DNA from: Acidobacteriota bacterium
GTDB taxonomy: Bacteria > Acidobacteriota > UBA6911 > JACQSX01
Assembly: GCA_036507075.1 (NCBI GenBank)
Contig: DASXQR010000110.1
Location: 1 to 36,390 of the forward strand
Length of the DNA stretch: 36,390 bases
Direction: 5' to 3'
Shown here: positions 1 through 9,978 of the stretch, one piece after another
Layout: each line of letters starts with the position of its first letter
Numbering within the stretch: the stretch's first letter is position 1
The notes under the pieces: model-generated
What the model was told of the DNA's origin: nothing
Seen by the model: the letters and a program-made list of their open reading frames with translations, nothing else
Databases searched by the model: none
Translations under genes and position numbers: made by a program

Positions 1-140
1 CCGCGCGCGTCAGCAAGCGGACTCTCCGGAATAACGGCACGCAGATAAGCTTTGTAGATTGTGGTCGCCAGGTTATCCTTCACAACGGTAATTCTGAAGT
101 GACACATCGAGGGTCCGCTTGCTGACGCGCGCGGCTCGGC
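1..140. repeat. REP-like inverted repeat pair (ccgcgcgcgtcagcaagcggac ... gtccgcttgctgacgcgcgcggctcgg)
   Basis: Arms at ~1-27 and ~108-140 are reverse complements; the same family recurs at 28432-28733. Confidence 0.8.
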
Positions 141-158
141 TGGCGGTCCCATCCGCCC

Positions 159-232
159 CCTCCTGCCTCCTGCCTCCTGCCCCCTGCCTCCTGCCTCCTG
201 CCTCTCCCTGTGTTCCCTGTGCCCCTGTGGTA
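159..232. repeat. Heptamer tandem repeat (cctcctg)n followed by a half copy of the ctgtgttcc-ctgtgccc-ctgtggt element
   Basis: Directly visible tandem units downstream of the amgK-like gene. Confidence 0.7.
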
Positions 233-251
233 ATTTTTTTCCCGGCCGCCA

Positions 252-1262
252 TCAGGCGAAGATCTCCTGTTCCAGCAGGGCCTGGATCTGTGGAAATCTT
301 TTCAACTTCAGCACTGCCTGGTAGGCCCGATGGAGCGTGCCCGGAATGTACTGCTGATAAATGAAATTGCTTCGGACCGTGATCTGGTATCCATAAGTGC
401 CCAGGGCTTTCAGCAGGCGCTGTACCGACATCAATTCAAACTGCGTCCAGAAGTCGTGATAGTCCTCCGGTTTCAGGTGTTTCAGAGAAAGGAAATACCG
501 CACCATGGCGTGCATCTGGGACTCTGTCAGGTCGATTGAGTCCTTCAGAATCGAAACCAGATCATACGCGGACGGCCCCATTCGCGCGTCTTGAAAATCG
601 ATCACGAACATCTGATCTTTGATCATCATGATGTTGCGGCAATGGTAATCGCGATGCGTCAGATACCGCGGGTAAGAAGCCAGTTCGTGGGAAATGGCAT
701 CAAATTCACGGTAAAGAGCCGACGTCCTGACATCGTTATAATTCATCTGCCGATAAGAATTGACGTAGTGCTGGAAGAAAAACTTGAATTCGAAGGAAAG
801 CTTCTCGTAATCGAAAGCCAGCTTGCACGCCTGGTACTCCGGCGTGCAGCGTCTGCTCGCTTCCGTTTGAATACGCGCTATTACATCAATGGCCTGCTTG
901 AGCAGCGAATCCCACTGGGTGGTGGGAAGACTGATCAGCCGCTTCTGCAGCGACTCGTCTCCCAGGTCCTGCTGCATTACGATGCCCCGCTCTTCGTCCA
1001 TTTCGATGATTTCGGGAAGGGAAATGCCCGCCTGGCCGAACAGCATGTAAACCTGGTAGTAGGGAAAGTCCTTCACCTGGAACGGTTCCGGGTACACCGC
1101 GATAATAAAGCTCTTGTTGTCTTCCGTGGTGAGTCGAAAATACTGGCGCGCCGATGCATCTCCCACCAGCTTGGACACGAAATTCCGCCCGGGAGTGGTA
1201 CAGTCGTTGATAAATTCCATCAGCCGCTGTTGAACGGGCGGCAAGACCTGTTGCTCAGTCAA
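252..1262 (-). CDS. amgK: APH-family phosphotransferase, AmgK-like anomeric MurNAc/GlcNAc kinase
   Basis: GDASARQYFR, HRDYHCRNIM, IDFQDA and QRLLKALGTYG motifs; adjacent to a nucleotidyltransferase. Confidence 0.75.
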   Translation of the reverse strand: MTEQQVLPPVQQRLMEFINDCTTPGRNFVSKLVGDASARQYFRLTTEDNKSFIIAVYPEPFQVKDFPYYQVYMLFGQAGISLPEIIEMDEERGIVMQQDLGDESLQKRLISLPTTQWDSLLKQAIDVIARIQTEASRRCTPEYQACKLAFDYEKLSFEFKFFFQHYVNSYRQMNYNDVRTSALYREFDAISHELASYPRYLTHRDYHCRNIMMIKDQMFVIDFQDARMGPSAYDLVSILKDSIDLTESQMHAMVRYFLSLKHLKPEDYHDFWTQFELMSVQRLLKALGTYGYQITVRSNFIYQQYIPGTLHRAYQAVLKLKRFPQIQALLEQEIFA

Positions 1263-2205
1263 GAATGTTCCCCAGGGGATAAACGATCAGTCCGGAATCA
1301 AGGTATTTCTCAAACCGGGGTGCGGCGGAGTCTGCCGGAACAATTGCTGAATTCTTGAAGGCTGCTCCCTCGGGAATAACTACTCCGTCGCCGATTACGC
1401 AATTCTCGATCCGGCATGCGTCGCCGATCCGGACTCCATCCCAGACTACGCTGTCGCTCACGCGAGCGGAAGAAGCTATCTTGGAAACATCCCCGATCCA
1501 GTTTCCCCCAGACTTCACATTGAGCCGCCAGTACCTGGCCAGAGTGCTGAATTCAAGCCAAGTCCCACGGGCATGATAACACGCAATCAATTCGCCGCAA
1601 TCGAGTGCGCGCGTGTAAACATCGCGCACCATGTCGGAAAACCCGGGCGACGGCACGTATTCCCAAATCCGGCGATCCAGGATATGAATCCCCGTGAAAA
1701 TAAGACCTGTGAAGGCGTTTTCATCGGTGGTCCGGCCGAAACCGTTGACTCTTCCTGTTGAATCGACATAAACCGGATTAAATGCTTCACCCGGAATGGG
1801 ATCAACCATCACCAACGTCGCAAGCGCCCTGGTTTCGCGATGGTGCCGTATGGCGGGCTCGAGATCGAAGTCGAACACGATCTTTCCGTTGATCAGCAGA
1901 AACTGGTCCTCTGACGCCAGTTCCGGCCGCACCTGATTAAGCGCGCCGGCCGTGCCGAGAATTTCAGGCTCGAAAGAAAAGCGGATCTTGAGCTGCGGCA
2001 CGTGCGCCTGACCTGCGGCTCGGCGCACCGTGTCGGCCAGATGATGCAGGTTGACGAATGCTTCCCTCACTCCGGCCTGTTCAAGTTTTCGCAGGCAGTA
2101 GCAGAGAATCGGAAGGCTGTGATAAGGCATGGCGGGCTTGGCCCGGCAGAGCGTGAGAGGAAGCAGTCGGGTTCCAAAACCCGCCGCCAAGACCATGCTC
2201 TTCAT
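1255..2205 (-). CDS. NDP-sugar nucleotidyltransferase (MurU / mannose-1-P guanylyltransferase-like) with C-terminal hexapeptide repeats
   Basis: MKSMVLAAGFGTRLLPLT..KP motif and EPEILGTAGAL; ATG at 2205 overlaps the upstream stop (ATGA). Confidence 0.85.
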   Translation of the reverse strand: MKSMVLAAGFGTRLLPLTLCRAKPAMPYHSLPILCYCLRKLEQAGVREAFVNLHHLADTVRRAAGQAHVPQLKIRFSFEPEILGTAGALNQVRPELASEDQFLLINGKIVFDFDLEPAIRHHRETRALATLVMVDPIPGEAFNPVYVDSTGRVNGFGRTTDENAFTGLIFTGIHILDRRIWEYVPSPGFSDMVRDVYTRALDCGELIACYHARGTWLEFSTLARYWRLNVKSGGNWIGDVSKIASSARVSDSVVWDGVRIGDACRIENCVIGDGVVIPEGAAFKNSAIVPADSAAPRFEKYLDSGLIVYPLGNILD

Positions 2206-2774
2206 CGAAAGACCATGTCGCGCGCGCTTCGACCGTTCCGTCTGCAATGGGACAGGAACAGGGAGTAATAGCTCTCCCGGATAAAGTCTTTCTTTTTGTA
2301 GCCCAGACTCTCGGCAACCCTGGTAACGCTCTTCGCGTCGCCTTCCAACTCGACAAAATTACCGATGGGCGTCTCGTCGATCATCACTTTTACAAATCGC
2401 GGCCGGCTCTTCTCGCGCGAACCGGAGCGCGTCTGATACACAGTGCGATACTTTTGATAGCGAAAAGCAACTTTGTATCCAAGCTTGCGGAAGATTTCCA
2501 GGACCTCCGCTGGATTAACCTCGGTCTCGAGTTCCTCGCGCACCTTGAATATCGAATTTGCAAGCGGTGGCCCTTTGAACGTCAAATAGCCTTTTCCTCG
2601 TTCGTTTCGGACCCTCAGCAGCAGTCCATTCTCCCGTAACCTCAATTTCGGAAGGTCGAGCACGGAATTATCCTCGAATTTTCGTTCCGCAACCCGGCGA
2701 GGCCGCAATCTCCCCAGTTTCTCCAGAAATTCCTTCAGGTTGCACACCGGAAGTTTGATTTCAACTTCTCTCAT
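2202..2774 (-). CDS. CYTH-domain protein (class IV adenylate cyclase / triphosphate tunnel metalloenzyme)
   Basis: N-terminal EVEIK, LLRVR, LTFKG, REELE, KYR and FVELEG motifs. Confidence 0.88.
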   Translation of the reverse strand: MREVEIKLPVCNLKEFLEKLGRLRPRRVAERKFEDNSVLDLPKLRLRENGLLLRVRNERGKGYLTFKGPPLANSIFKVREELETEVNPAEVLEIFRKLGYKVAFRYQKYRTVYQTRSGSREKSRPRFVKVMIDETPIGNFVELEGDAKSVTRVAESLGYKKKDFIRESYYSLFLSHCRRNGRSARDMVFR

Positions 2775-3274
2775 CAGTCCCTCTCCTGCATCTCCTGCTG
2801 AAAGGCGTTTAGCGTATCATCGTCAAAAAGTACAAAAATCACCTTTCTGAGACTTTTCGTGCCGGTGAACCGCTTTGCTTCACGAATCATGATGCGGGCG
2901 CATTCTTTCACCGGAAAACGGCCTACTCCGGTCCCAAACGCCGGCATTGCAACGGAAGAAAGCCCCAGCCGGTCACCCAGAGCCAGAGCGCTTTGAGTGG
3001 CGCCTCGGATGTAATTTGCGTTGGTTACCAGGTCCTGTCCCATGACGGCGGCATGCAGCACGTACTTATAAGGAAGCCGGCCGGCCGAAGTTTCAATGAC
3101 CTCGCCTATTTCAATGGGGCCGCGGGAAACTGCTTCCTTTTCAATTTGATCGCCTCCCTTTCGCCGGATCGCGCCCGCGACTCCCGCCCCCATCCAGAGA
3201 TGGTTATTGGCGGCGTTGACGATGGCGTCGGCGGAAGCCTCGGTTATGTCGCCTTTGAGGATTTCAATCAGCAT
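2774..3274 (-). CDS. Macrodomain protein (ADP-ribose binding/hydrolase, YmdB-like)
   Basis: GDIT, AIVNAAN, GAGVAGAI, HA and PAFGTGVG motifs. Confidence 0.92.
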   Translation of the reverse strand: MLIEILKGDITEASADAIVNAANNHLWMGAGVAGAIRRKGGDQIEKEAVSRGPIEIGEVIETSAGRLPYKYVLHAAVMGQDLVTNANYIRGATQSALALGDRLGLSSVAMPAFGTGVGRFPVKECARIMIREAKRFTGTKSLRKVIFVLFDDDTLNAFQQEMQERD

Positions 3275-3310
3275 GTAATTCTTACATTGAATACTGCTGA
3301 ACTACCTGCA

Positions 3311-3436
3311 AATGCGGATTTCCGAATGGGGAATGGGGAATAAGGCAATTAAATCCATTTTCCTTTGTGGCGGGCCCGCTCGCCATAAGACCCTCGGTTC
3401 GACATTCCGCATTCCGCACTCCGACTTCCGCATTTC
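3311..3436. repeat. Inverted pair of heptamer arrays (gaatgcg/gaatggg ... attccgc)
   Basis: Facing heptamer arrays around a ~60 bp spacer; same family at 17969, 31485 and 36195. Confidence 0.75.
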
Positions 3437-3486
3437 AGAGTCCAGTCAAGGATCCAGCCGAGGAAACAACATCCTGCGAATTCAGA

Positions 3487-4671
3487 TCAAGAGTACAGAA
3501 GGTACTTTTTACGAATCTTCCAAAACCCCTGCGTGCTTTCGCTGCATGCTTTCTTGAATTCTCGAAGACTGCGTTGCTCTTCCACCATCTTATGCAAGCG
3601 GCCGGTTCCGAAAAGAACCTCGATGGGAAGCTTTTCGTATTCGTATTCGTAGGGAGGCTGGCTCCACTGAAACCGGCCTGGATCCTCCGCATGGAAGGCA
3701 AGCAGAACGGCGCAGCCAGAAAGGAAAGGATCGAAGCGATCGCGGTCGACAACATGAATCTGAACCCCTCCGCACAAATCTCCCTGGTGCTTATGAAAAG
3801 TAGGTATGAAACTTGCCGGCCTGAAGAAAACACCTTCCAGCTTGAATCGATTGAGTCGCTGCGCCAGTTTTTCGGGTTGTATCCAGGGCGCTCCGATCAG
3901 CTCGAACGGCCGCGAGGTTCCGCGTCCTTCGGACAGATTGGTTCCTTCCAGCAAGCAGATTCCCGGATAGACCACTGCTGAATCCAGCGTTGGGATGTTG
4001 GGGGAAGGCAATACCCAGGGGCGCCCGGTCTGGTCGTACCACATTTTGCGCTTCCAGCCTTTCATCCGAATCACATGAAGCTCGCACCGTAAACCGCGCT
4101 CCTCTCGAAAATAGCTTGCCAGTTCTCCCACCGTCATGCCGTGCCGGTGCGGCAGTGGATGCAAACCCACAAAGGAGCGGTACCCTTCCTCGAGCAGAAA
4201 CCCGCCCAATCCGACGCCCGTAATAGGATTGGGCCGATCCAGAACGATCACTTCCTTTCCTGACTCCTGGCAGGCTTCCATGGCCAGAGCAAGCGTATAG
4301 TTAAAGGTGTAGTAGCGCGCTCCCACATCCTGGACGTCAAACACCAGAGCGTCGACATCCTTCAACATCTCAGGAGTCGGCTTGCGCGTCTGGCTGTACA
4401 GGCTGTACATCATCAGACCGGTGCGACGGTCTGTAAAGCTTTGCCACTCAATCATATTGTCTTGGGTTTCGCCACGGATCCCATGCTGGGGTCCAAACGC
4501 GGCAGTTACCCGCAGCTTTCTGTCTTCAAAGAACAGATCCAGCGCGTGGCGATACTGGTAATCAATAGAGCTCTGATTGGCAATGATCCCCAGCCTCTTT
4601 CCTCGAAAAAGAGCGGCATGAGAGGATATCCGATCCAGGCCTGCAAGCACTTTAGGCTTGGCAAACTTCAT
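3487..4671 (-). CDS. namZ: DUF1343 / exo-beta-N-acetylmuramidase NamZ family
   Basis: FGPQHG, FDVQDVGARYYT, LDRPNP, HGMTVGELA, PSPNIP and EGRGTSRPFE motifs; no signal peptide visible. Confidence 0.88.
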   Translation of the reverse strand: MKFAKPKVLAGLDRISSHAALFRGKRLGIIANQSSIDYQYRHALDLFFEDRKLRVTAAFGPQHGIRGETQDNMIEWQSFTDRRTGLMMYSLYSQTRKPTPEMLKDVDALVFDVQDVGARYYTFNYTLALAMEACQESGKEVIVLDRPNPITGVGLGGFLLEEGYRSFVGLHPLPHRHGMTVGELASYFREERGLRCELHVIRMKGWKRKMWYDQTGRPWVLPSPNIPTLDSAVVYPGICLLEGTNLSEGRGTSRPFELIGAPWIQPEKLAQRLNRFKLEGVFFRPASFIPTFHKHQGDLCGGVQIHVVDRDRFDPFLSGCAVLLAFHAEDPGRFQWSQPPYEYEYEKLPIEVLFGTGRLHKMVEEQRSLREFKKACSESTQGFWKIRKKYLLYS

Positions 4672-5579
4672 AAAGAAAACCTTGTCTTTCGCGCCTGTAG
4701 AAAACCGAGCGTTTCGAGAACGAGCCTGCAGCCCAGATTGAGCGTGATATTGGAAGTATCCAGTGGAGGCGAGATTTCCACGAGATCCATCGCTGTGATT
4801 TTCAACTTGCTGAAAACAATCTTCAGAAAATTCAAAACTTCACGGGGACTTAGCCCGCCGGCGACTGGAAATCCGGTTCCGGGAGCAAACGCAGGATCGA
4901 ATACGTCAATGTCGAGGGAAAGATAAATGCTGTCCAGCTCGTACAGGACATCAATGGTGCGCGTGGCGCACTTCTCGGCCCCGGATGTCTGGAAATCCCG
5001 AGCGGTAATGTAAAAAAGATTGTTACGCTGCATGAACTCGATTTCCTCTCTGGAAAAAGAGCGCAATCCAACCAGAGCGACTCTCTTGGCCGAAAAGGGA
5101 GCCGATTCCAGCACCCGCCTCATCACACAGGCATGGCTGAAGCGCTGGCCTTCGTAGTCGTCCCAAAGATCCGGATGCGCATCCAGCAGCAGCACGCCGC
5201 AGTTTCCCTTCTCTCTGCGCCCGAACGCCTGGATGAGCGGAATAGAAACTGAATGATCCCCTCCCAGGTGAAGTAAAAACGCATTGCGTGGAAAAGCAGA
5301 GAATCGGCGATCGATGAATTCATGGAACGATTCGCGGTTCTTTCCGATGCGAACATCCCCCACGTCGGTGAGTCGCAGCCGGTCGATAATCTCTCCCGTC
5401 TCGGTAACCGGCCAGTCGGTGCGCGCTGTGGCGCGAAGTCTCTCGGGAGCCAGCGCGCTTCCCCTGGGACCCGCCACTCCGTCATCAAAGGGCACGCCTT
5501 GGACAATGACGTCAATCAGGTCCAACTCGGAGTCCGGAACCACTTGTGCGAGGTCAAACCAGTCTTTTCGAGGAATCAT
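4668..5579 (-). CDS. speB: Agmatinase / ureohydrolase family
   Basis: GGDHSVS, DAHPD and SLDIDVFDPAFAPGTG Mn-binding motifs. Confidence 0.8.
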   Translation of the reverse strand: MIPRKDWFDLAQVVPDSELDLIDVIVQGVPFDDGVAGPRGSALAPERLRATARTDWPVTETGEIIDRLRLTDVGDVRIGKNRESFHEFIDRRFSAFPRNAFLLHLGGDHSVSIPLIQAFGRREKGNCGVLLLDAHPDLWDDYEGQRFSHACVMRRVLESAPFSAKRVALVGLRSFSREEIEFMQRNNLFYITARDFQTSGAEKCATRTIDVLYELDSIYLSLDIDVFDPAFAPGTGFPVAGGLSPREVLNFLKIVFSKLKITAMDLVEISPPLDTSNITLNLGCRLVLETLGFLQARKTRFSL

Positions 5580-6394
5580 CCGGAATCCGCAGTCTTCATA
5601 GGGCTCTCCACCAATCGCAGCTTCTCGTTCCTGCCGATCAAGCCGTCCTCATGAGCCATCTGATAAAAGAGATTCAATCCTTCCATATTCTCCGGGTCGA
5701 GATCATAGTTCAGTTTGTTTTCAAGGTAATCCCGAACGACAGCCGTCGAGAGCGGAATTCTTGCGGTAGAGTAGCTCACAATCTCATTTAAGTGCCTCAG
5801 GCCATAGTCTTTGCTTTCCAGAAAATACCGAACATAGGCTTCCATCTCCACCCCCTGACGTACCGCCCAAAAGGCAAAAACGAACGGTTTTCCCGTCAGC
5901 TCCACCCATTGCCGCACCAGATCAAACACGAAATACCGCCCGCGTGGCACCAGCAGCGCGGGATTTCCTATGATCAGCGCGGCGTCGTTTTCAGACAGCA
6001 TCAGCTCCAGATCGCCGTGCGCGGAATGATAGCGCGGGGAGATCTTGAATTTGCGCCGCAGCAGGATGCGAATCAGCGTCGCAGAAGTCCGGCTGCCGGT
6101 GTCAAGCGCCACGGTCTTGACTTCCGGGAACGGTTTCTTGCTCACGAAAAGAACGCTGTCGACTTCCTGCCTGGACGCGATCGCAGCATGCGGCACGACC
6201 CTCAGGCCATCAATGCGCTGGTATTCAATTGCGGGAATTAATCCAACGTCCGCCCGGCCGGAAGCAAGGCGATCGGCGCACACCGCGGGAGTATCAAACG
6301 AAATCTCAAAGGCGTCGGGAAAAATCTTCTGCATGAAGCCCCACTGCAGCGGAAACGCATTCAGAAAATGGATGAACGAAAGGCGCAGCCTCAC
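5576..6394 (-). CDS. mqnA: Chorismate dehydratase MqnA (futalosine menaquinone pathway)
   Basis: FLNAFPL, V.SVL, SRTS, LIIGN.AL and W...TG.PFVFA.W motifs; GTG start at 6394 chosen because the ORF's upstream extension runs through a repeat. Confidence 0.82.
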   Translation of the reverse strand: MRLRLSFIHFLNAFPLQWGFMQKIFPDAFEISFDTPAVCADRLASGRADVGLIPAIEYQRIDGLRVVPHAAIASRQEVDSVLFVSKKPFPEVKTVALDTGSRTSATLIRILLRRKFKISPRYHSAHGDLELMLSENDAALIIGNPALLVPRGRYFVFDLVRQWVELTGKPFVFAFWAVRQGVEMEAYVRYFLESKDYGLRHLNEIVSYSTARIPLSTAVVRDYLENKLNYDLDPENMEGLNLFYQMAHEDGLIGRNEKLRLVESPMKTADSG

Positions 6395-6476
6395 AAGCTG
6401 AACGCTAGCAGAAGGAATTTCCTTTTTCAATTTTTCTGTATGCCGGATTTTCGGTGGATGTAAGCTGTTGCAAAGA

Positions 6477-7943
6477 ATGAAACCACAAAGACACAAAGGG
6501 CACAAAGACACCGTTGTTCTTCGTGCCCTTTGCGCTTTTGTGGTTGTTTTATGTTTTGTTCCCCGCGCCACGCTAGCCGACACGCTGGAGGAGATTCGAA
6601 AGCGCGGAAATCTGCGCTGGGGCGCCGATCTTGAAGGCGGGGCCCCTTACGTTTTTCCCGATCCAGCCAATCCCCGAAAAAGCATTGGATTTGAGGTTGA
6701 CATCGCCAACCAGATTGCCCGGCGGCTTGGCGTGAGCCAGACTCCGGTGCAAACTCCGTGGGATGAAATCCCCCAGGCGCTGAGGCGCGGCGATTTCGAT
6801 ATCGCGCTCAATGGAATCGAGGTTACCCCGATCCGAGGGCAATTCATCGATTTCACCGTTCCCTACTATCATTTTTCCGAGTCGCTGATGGTGCGCCAAT
6901 CAGACCAGACAACCTCGCGGCTGGAAGATTTGAAGGGCCGGAAAGTGGGAACTCTGAAAGGAACGCTGGCCGATGAAATACTGCGCCGCATCCCCGAGAT
7001 CCGGGTTGTGTCTTATGACGGCCAGGTGGAGCCCTACAAAGATCTGGCTCTGGGACGTCTGGACGGCGTGCTGCTGGATGATCCCATCGCGCGCTACTAT
7101 GGCGAAGCAGTGCCGGGACTGCGCTATGCAGCCAAGGGAATTGGCTCCGGCGAATATGCCATCGGCGTTCGCAAAGGGGATGCACGCCTGCTTAACCAGC
7201 TCAATCAGATTCTTAACTCGATGCAGGCGGATGGGTCTCTGGTTTCAATCTTGAAGTCGTGGAGCCTCGATCAGACGTCCGGGCAGGTCACGCGCCGCGC
7301 CTATACCGCTTCCCTGTGGATTTACCTGCCACTGCTGGTGCGGGCGGCCGGAATGACGCTTTTTCTTTCGATTTTTTCCATGACCGTCGCGGTGGCAGCC
7401 GGAGTGCTTCTCTGTCTCGGAAAGACATACGGTCCGGTGATCATCCGGTCGCTTGCATCCGGGTATATCGAATTTTTTCGAGGTACACCTTTACTGCTGC
7501 AGTTGCTGGTGATTTATTTCGGATTTCCGGTTATTGGAATCAACCTTCCTGCATGGATTGCCGCAGTTCTCGGCCTGGGGCTGAACTACGCCGCCTACGA
7601 AGCTGAAATCTATCGCGGCGGCATTCAGTCAGTGCCGGGCGGCCAGATGGAAGCGGCGTTGTCTCTGGGAATGCCGCAGTCGCTGGCGATCAGAAAAGTC
7701 ATCCTTCCGCAGGCCCTGCGCGTTTCCCTTCCCGCCTCGACGAACGATTTCATCGCGTTGTTTAAAGATTCCTCGCTGTGCTCGGTCATCGGCGTGGTGG
7801 AGCTCACCAAGCAGTTCAACATCCTGGCCGTATCGACATGGCGTGTAATGGAACTGGGAGTTATGACAGCTGTTCTTTATCTGGCGATGAGCTACCCGCT
7901 GGCTCTGGTGGCTCGTCGTTTGGAGGCTATGCTGAGAAGATGA
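6477..7943 (+). CDS. Polar amino-acid ABC transporter, fused substrate-binding domain and permease
   Basis: SBP_bac_3 motifs (GFEVDIA, RGDFDIA, DFTVPYY) followed by FRGTPLLLQL, AYEAEIYRGG, GQMEAA and KDSSL. Confidence 0.92.
   Translation: MKPQRHKGHKDTVVLRALCAFVVVLCFVPRATLADTLEEIRKRGNLRWGADLEGGAPYVFPDPANPRKSIGFEVDIANQIARRLGVSQTPVQTPWDEIPQALRRGDFDIALNGIEVTPIRGQFIDFTVPYYHFSESLMVRQSDQTTSRLEDLKGRKVGTLKGTLADEILRRIPEIRVVSYDGQVEPYKDLALGRLDGVLLDDPIARYYGEAVPGLRYAAKGIGSGEYAIGVRKGDARLLNQLNQILNSMQADGSLVSILKSWSLDQTSGQVTRRAYTASLWIYLPLLVRAAGMTLFLSIFSMTVAVAAGVLLCLGKTYGPVIIRSLASGYIEFFRGTPLLLQLLVIYFGFPVIGINLPAWIAAVLGLGLNYAAYEAEIYRGGIQSVPGGQMEAALSLGMPQSLAIRKVILPQALRVSLPASTNDFIALFKDSSLCSVIGVVELTKQFNILAVSTWRVMELGVMTAVLYLAMSYPLALVARRLEAMLRR
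6481..6545. repeat. Palindromic accacaaag-cacaaag element inside the start of the ABC gene
   Basis: aaccacaaagacacaaagggcacaaag ... cttcgtgccctttgcgcttttgtggtt. Confidence 0.85.
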
Positions 7944-8680
7944 TCGAAATTCAGGCGCTCTTCAAAAAGGCCGGGGGCAGGACTATTCTCAGCGACGTCA
8001 CCACGGCCATTCCACGAGGTGAAACGGTGGCAATCGTAGGGCCCTCGGGCGCGGGTAAAAGCACTCTGCTTCGCTGTCTCAACGGTCTGGAACGCTTTGA
8101 CGCAGGACAAGTGCAGATCGCGGGACAGCATTTAGCTTCCGGATCTTCACGTGACCGCGGAGCCGCGCTGCAGGCGATAAGACGGCAGGTTGGAATGGTG
8201 TTTCAATCTTTCAATCTCTTCCCGCATTTGACGGTGCTGGAGAACCTGTGCCTGGCGCCGCTAAAAGTCCTGGGAAAACCCCGAGCCGCGGCCCAGCAGA
8301 CTGCGCGCCAGTTGCTGGGTGAGGTAAATCTGAGCGGCTTTGAAAATCGATATCCGCGGCAGCTCTCCGGCGGAGAGCAACAGCGCGTTGCGATTGCGCG
8401 GGCGCTTGCCATGGAACCGCAAGTGATATTGTTTGATGAGCCGACTTCCAGCCTGGATCCGGAACTGGTATTTGAAGTGGTGGAGGTGATCGAACGCCTG
8501 GCGCGACAAAACTACACCCTGCTGATCGTCACCCATCAGATGGGTGTAGCAAAACGAGTGGCGGGACGCGTCTTATTTCTCGAATCGGGGCGAATTCTTG
8601 AGGATTCACCGGCCGTGAAGTTTTTCAGCTCCCCCCAAACCGAGCGCGCCAGGGAGTTTCTGGAGAAAGTTAGTTTTTAA
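7940..8680 (+). CDS. Amino-acid ABC transporter ATP-binding protein (GlnQ-like)
   Basis: GPSGAGKS, LSGGEQQRVAIARALAM and FDEPTS; ATG at 7940 overlaps the upstream TGA. Confidence 0.93.
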   Translation: MIEIQALFKKAGGRTILSDVTTAIPRGETVAIVGPSGAGKSTLLRCLNGLERFDAGQVQIAGQHLASGSSRDRGAALQAIRRQVGMVFQSFNLFPHLTVLENLCLAPLKVLGKPRAAAQQTARQLLGEVNLSGFENRYPRQLSGGEQQRVAIARALAMEPQVILFDEPTSSLDPELVFEVVEVIERLARQNYTLLIVTHQMGVAKRVAGRVLFLESGRILEDSPAVKFFSSPQTERAREFLEKVSF

Positions 8681-8722
8681 AAAAACTTTCGCATAAAACG
8701 CTCCAACCCCGTTATGTAGGGC

Positions 8723-9820
8723 ATGGATCCGACGTTGCTCTATTGGGTTGCACTGCAGGCGCTCGAGTCGTGCGGTGTCCGAAACGGCCACCGTTTGCTT
8801 CGGATCTTCGGGCAACCGGAGCCTCTTTTCAGGAATGATCGCAAGCACCTCGAACTGCTCGGCTTAAGCGCTGAAGCCATTCAGGAAATCCAGACCGGGC
8901 GCATTCTCAGGACCGCAGAGCAGATTCTGCGGCGGTGCGAGAAATGCCAGGCACGCGTAAATACCTTCCAGGACGAGGGTTATCCTCACCTGCTGAAACA
9001 AATTTTTGATCCGCCACTCTTAATCTATTTGAGGGGGCACTGCGAGCTGGCCGGCGGGGATGCCATCGCAATCGTAGGCGCCCGGCGCGCTTCCAGTTAC
9101 GGAATCCACGCGGCAGAATGGCTTTCCAGTGAGATTTCAGGTCACGGCTTGACCGTGGTGAGCGGCATGGCCAGGGGAATCGACGGTGCCGCGCACCGCG
9201 GCGCCCTGATGGCTCGTGGCAACACTCTGGCCGTGCTCGGAAACGGCGTGGATGTGGTATATCCGCGGGAAAATAAAAAGCTCTTCTATGAAATTCTCGA
9301 GAAAGGGTGTCTGTTGTCGGAGTTTCCGCCCGGCCGATATCCGATACCGGCGAATTTTCCCATCCGAAACCGCATCATCAGCGGACTCTGTCACGGTGTT
9401 CTGATCGCCGAAGCGTCCGAGTTCAGCGGATCGTTAATCACCGCCAGAATGGCATTGGAGCAGGGGCGAGAGGTTTTTGCCGTGCCGGGAAACATAACCT
9501 CTCAAAAAAGTTTCGGCCCCAATTTTTTGATCAAGCAGGGCGCAAAGATCGTGCAGTGCGTGCAGGACATCCTGGATGAGCTGCCCGAAAAATTTCGCCG
9601 CGTTCCGGCAAGAAAGGTCCACAGGAAAGAACAACAGGACGATCCCCTGCTGGCCCAGGTTCCGCTGGACGCCGAAATCACGTTCGATCAGCTCCTGGGA
9701 CGCTCCGGCTTGAACTTTTCCGAACTCTGCTCCCGTCTCTTCCAGCTTGAACTGGAGGGTAAGATTCGCAAGTTGCCGGGAAATATGTACGTGCGAAAAC
9801 TGTCCCCGGCACCCGGTTGA
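8723..9820 (+). CDS. dprA: DNA-processing protein DprA
   Basis: AIVGAR, VSGMARGID, FPIRNRIISG, SGSLITA and GREVFAVPG motifs; upstream of topA. Confidence 0.95.
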   Translation: MDPTLLYWVALQALESCGVRNGHRLLRIFGQPEPLFRNDRKHLELLGLSAEAIQEIQTGRILRTAEQILRRCEKCQARVNTFQDEGYPHLLKQIFDPPLLIYLRGHCELAGGDAIAIVGARRASSYGIHAAEWLSSEISGHGLTVVSGMARGIDGAAHRGALMARGNTLAVLGNGVDVVYPRENKKLFYEILEKGCLLSEFPPGRYPIPANFPIRNRIISGLCHGVLIAEASEFSGSLITARMALEQGREVFAVPGNITSQKSFGPNFLIKQGAKIVQCVQDILDELPEKFRRVPARKVHRKEQQDDPLLAQVPLDAEITFDQLLGRSGLNFSELCSRLFQLELEGKIRKLPGNMYVRKLSPAPG

Positions 9821-9978
9821 AAATGACGCTAATCCCTTATGAGCGCTGTCACTTTGCAGCAAATCCACAGGCATTTTCTCAATGGTAAGCAGGATCACAA
9901 AAAAAAATTTTCTTCCAATCGCGCTTTTCCTGTGTGCTATTTTGAAAAAAAGAGTCTGAGGACTGGACGAAACTTCTT

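Noticed and set aside
3365..3420. tRNA-like ggttcgac motif
   Set aside because: No cloverleaf or acceptor stem; it abuts the heptamer array
6395..6583. N-terminal extension of the mqnA ORF
   Set aside because: Runs through the divergent intergenic region, the palindrome and the ABC gene start
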